Position numbers and translations under genes: made by a program. Source: Camelus ferus (lineage: Eukaryota). From it: a DNA stretch of 64,000 bases. The stretch covers positions 70,248,001-70,312,000 of the forward strand of contig NC_045697.1 of the NCBI RefSeq assembly GCF_009834535.1. The letters run 5' to 3'. Positions 62,245 through 64,000 of the stretch are shown here, one piece after another. Position 1 is the first letter of the stretch. Each line of letters opens with the position of its first letter. A model generated the notes under the pieces. It was not told the DNA's origin. It did no database searches and saw only the letters and a program-made list of their open reading frames with translations.

Positions 62245-64000
62245 AAAAAAATAATCTCAAACTTACAGAATAATTACAATACAATACAAAGAACTCTTTT
62301 ATTCCATAAACCATCTCACAGTAAGTAGCTGACCTGATACCCATCACCCCCAAATACTTTGAGGTATATTCTTTATAAACAAGGATATTCTTCTACATAA
62401 CTGCAGGATAACAATCAAAACCAGGACATTACCATTCCTACATCACTACCATCAAATCCACATTAAGTCCACAGACCCCACTCAAGTTTCTCCATTTGCC
62501 TCAAAAATGTCCTCTATTGCAAACGGATGAAGTTATAGAATCATGGATTGCATTTAGCTGCCATGTTTTGTTTTTTTCATCCTCAGACTGGAATAATCCA
62601 TCAGCCTTTCTTTGAATTTCATGACTGACACTTTTTTTAAGATTATAGACCACTTATTTTGTAAAATACCTCCCAGTTTGAATTTGTCTGTTGTTCCCTC
62701 ATGATTATGTTCAGATGCTGCAGCTTTAATGGGAATATCACAAGGATGATGCTCTGTTCTCAATGTGTTCTTTCCGGTGGCTCATGATTTCAGTTTGTCC
62801 CAATATTGATGCCATTTACTTGGATCAGGTGATTAAGGGATAGATGGCCAGGTTTCTCCACTGTGAAGTTATTTCTCTTCTTTTTGTAATACGTGTTTTA
62901 TGGAGAGGTGCTTTGAAATTTTGCTCCTCATTCTATTTCTTATCAAACTTTTTATCTATCATCTAGCTAGCTAGCTATATTGCTGAATCCATGATTTCTT
63001 ATTTTATTCAATGCATTGTAAGTTTTACTACCATTGTTTACCCTTGTGACTAATGTTCCCAGATTTGGCTGGTAGGAGCCCCTTCCAGCGGATGCAGTGT
63101 GTTTTTGACATGTTCCTATCTCTCTGGAGCATTTCTTTGGGAGGAAAAGACACCCAGGCTCATTTTGTGCTTTGCTAATCCTATTTCTGGAATCAGTTAT
63201 TTTTTCAAAGAGCCCTTATCCCTTTCGTTGGAGACTGATGTATAAGCCATGATCCAGGTGCTTGGTGTGCCAATTGCTGTTGGGAGTGGGGTGGCAGTGG
63301 GAGTGATCACTGCTCCAGGGCCTTATCAGTGGTTATAGAGAGGGAATATACTATGTGGCATATACATGTGCACACACAGCTACATACACACAGATATATA
63401 AACACACATGCACATATTTACAACTGCATTAATTCCCACAGCCATCTATAAGTATCTATGAGTTTGATACCTTCAATTCCAATCAAACAACACAGAATTC
63501 ATTCTAGTTTTCTTCCATGTCACGTTTCTTTGATCCATCTGCTGCAGCCCCTGCCCCATGTGAAGCACCCCCATCCCAGCCCCAGGCCTAGGCTTTGATT
63601 CCCTGCACTAGGCTACTTTCCTCCTGCTACAAATGCACATTCCTCCCTCAGGCTTATCTACACCCGGCCAGGTCACTTCCCCTGCACAGATGATCTGCTC
63701 ACCTCTCCTGGGCTTCAGCACCCTGCACTGAGCCTTTCTCTGTGCTGATGGCCTCTTTATCCTGTTTGAGCTCTGACAATTCCATCTGGGTCTTCTTCCC
63801 CGATGTGGATTCCCTCCTCAACCCACTCTGGCTCTGAAACCCTATACCAAAGACCCCATGTGTGGACATCCTCTTCGGGCTCCGAATCCCTGCCTGAGCT
63901 GTCGTCCCAGGTTCATTTGAAAGCCTTCCTCACCCAGTTTCTGACTCCAACACCTGATACCAGGTTGCTTTCACTCCAGCATGGCAACCTTACTCTTTTG
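62245..64000 (-). mobile_element. L1MC4/5-like 3' region including degenerate C-rich tandem units (63540-64000)
   Basis: aatctcaaacttacaga...aacaaggatattcttctacataa...gcatttagctgccatg; recurrent ccc..tgtgga...cctcctca...ggctctga units. Confidence 0.55.

Noticed and set aside
1..64000. tRNA, rRNA, snoRNA/snRNA or processed pseudogenes
   Set aside because: None recognised by eye; an Infernal/Rfam scan would be needed to exclude them.

Overview
Mammalian (eutherian) genomic DNA with two complete, intact protein-coding genes in tandem on the minus strand. H2AZ1 (histone H2A.Z.1) has 5 coding exons and a 387-nt CDS at 42865-44568. DNAJB14 (ER-membrane Hsp40/J-domain co-chaperone) follows directly downstream, with 8 coding exons, a 1140-nt CDS (379 aa) at 4102-40892 and a long 3' UTR running toward the window start. 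All splice sites are GT-AG and the exon phases sum to intact frames. Each gene has its own CpG-island promoter. The rest is intronic or intergenic DNA rich in old repeats (L1M, L2, MIR, MER20, MER5A, MER46C, MaLR/ERV LTRs). The young L1 tails look cetartiodactyl, and I saw no Alu, B1/B2, Bov-tA, PRE-1 or Can-SINE, so a camelid source is a tentative guess. I found no clearly novel gene system. The best leads are RNA-processing hypotheses: (1) a phase-compatible H2AZ1 exon 4 to DNAJB14 exon 2 read-through chimera; (2) an intronic poly(A) signal in H2AZ1 intron 2 overlapping the stop of a tail-plus-hydrophobic ORF, next to an unusual acceptor; (3) an extra AATAAA in the H2AZ1 3' UTR; (4) a candidate 21-nt microexon in DNAJB14 intron 3. 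Repeat subfamily names and human comparisons are from memory and need database confirmation.
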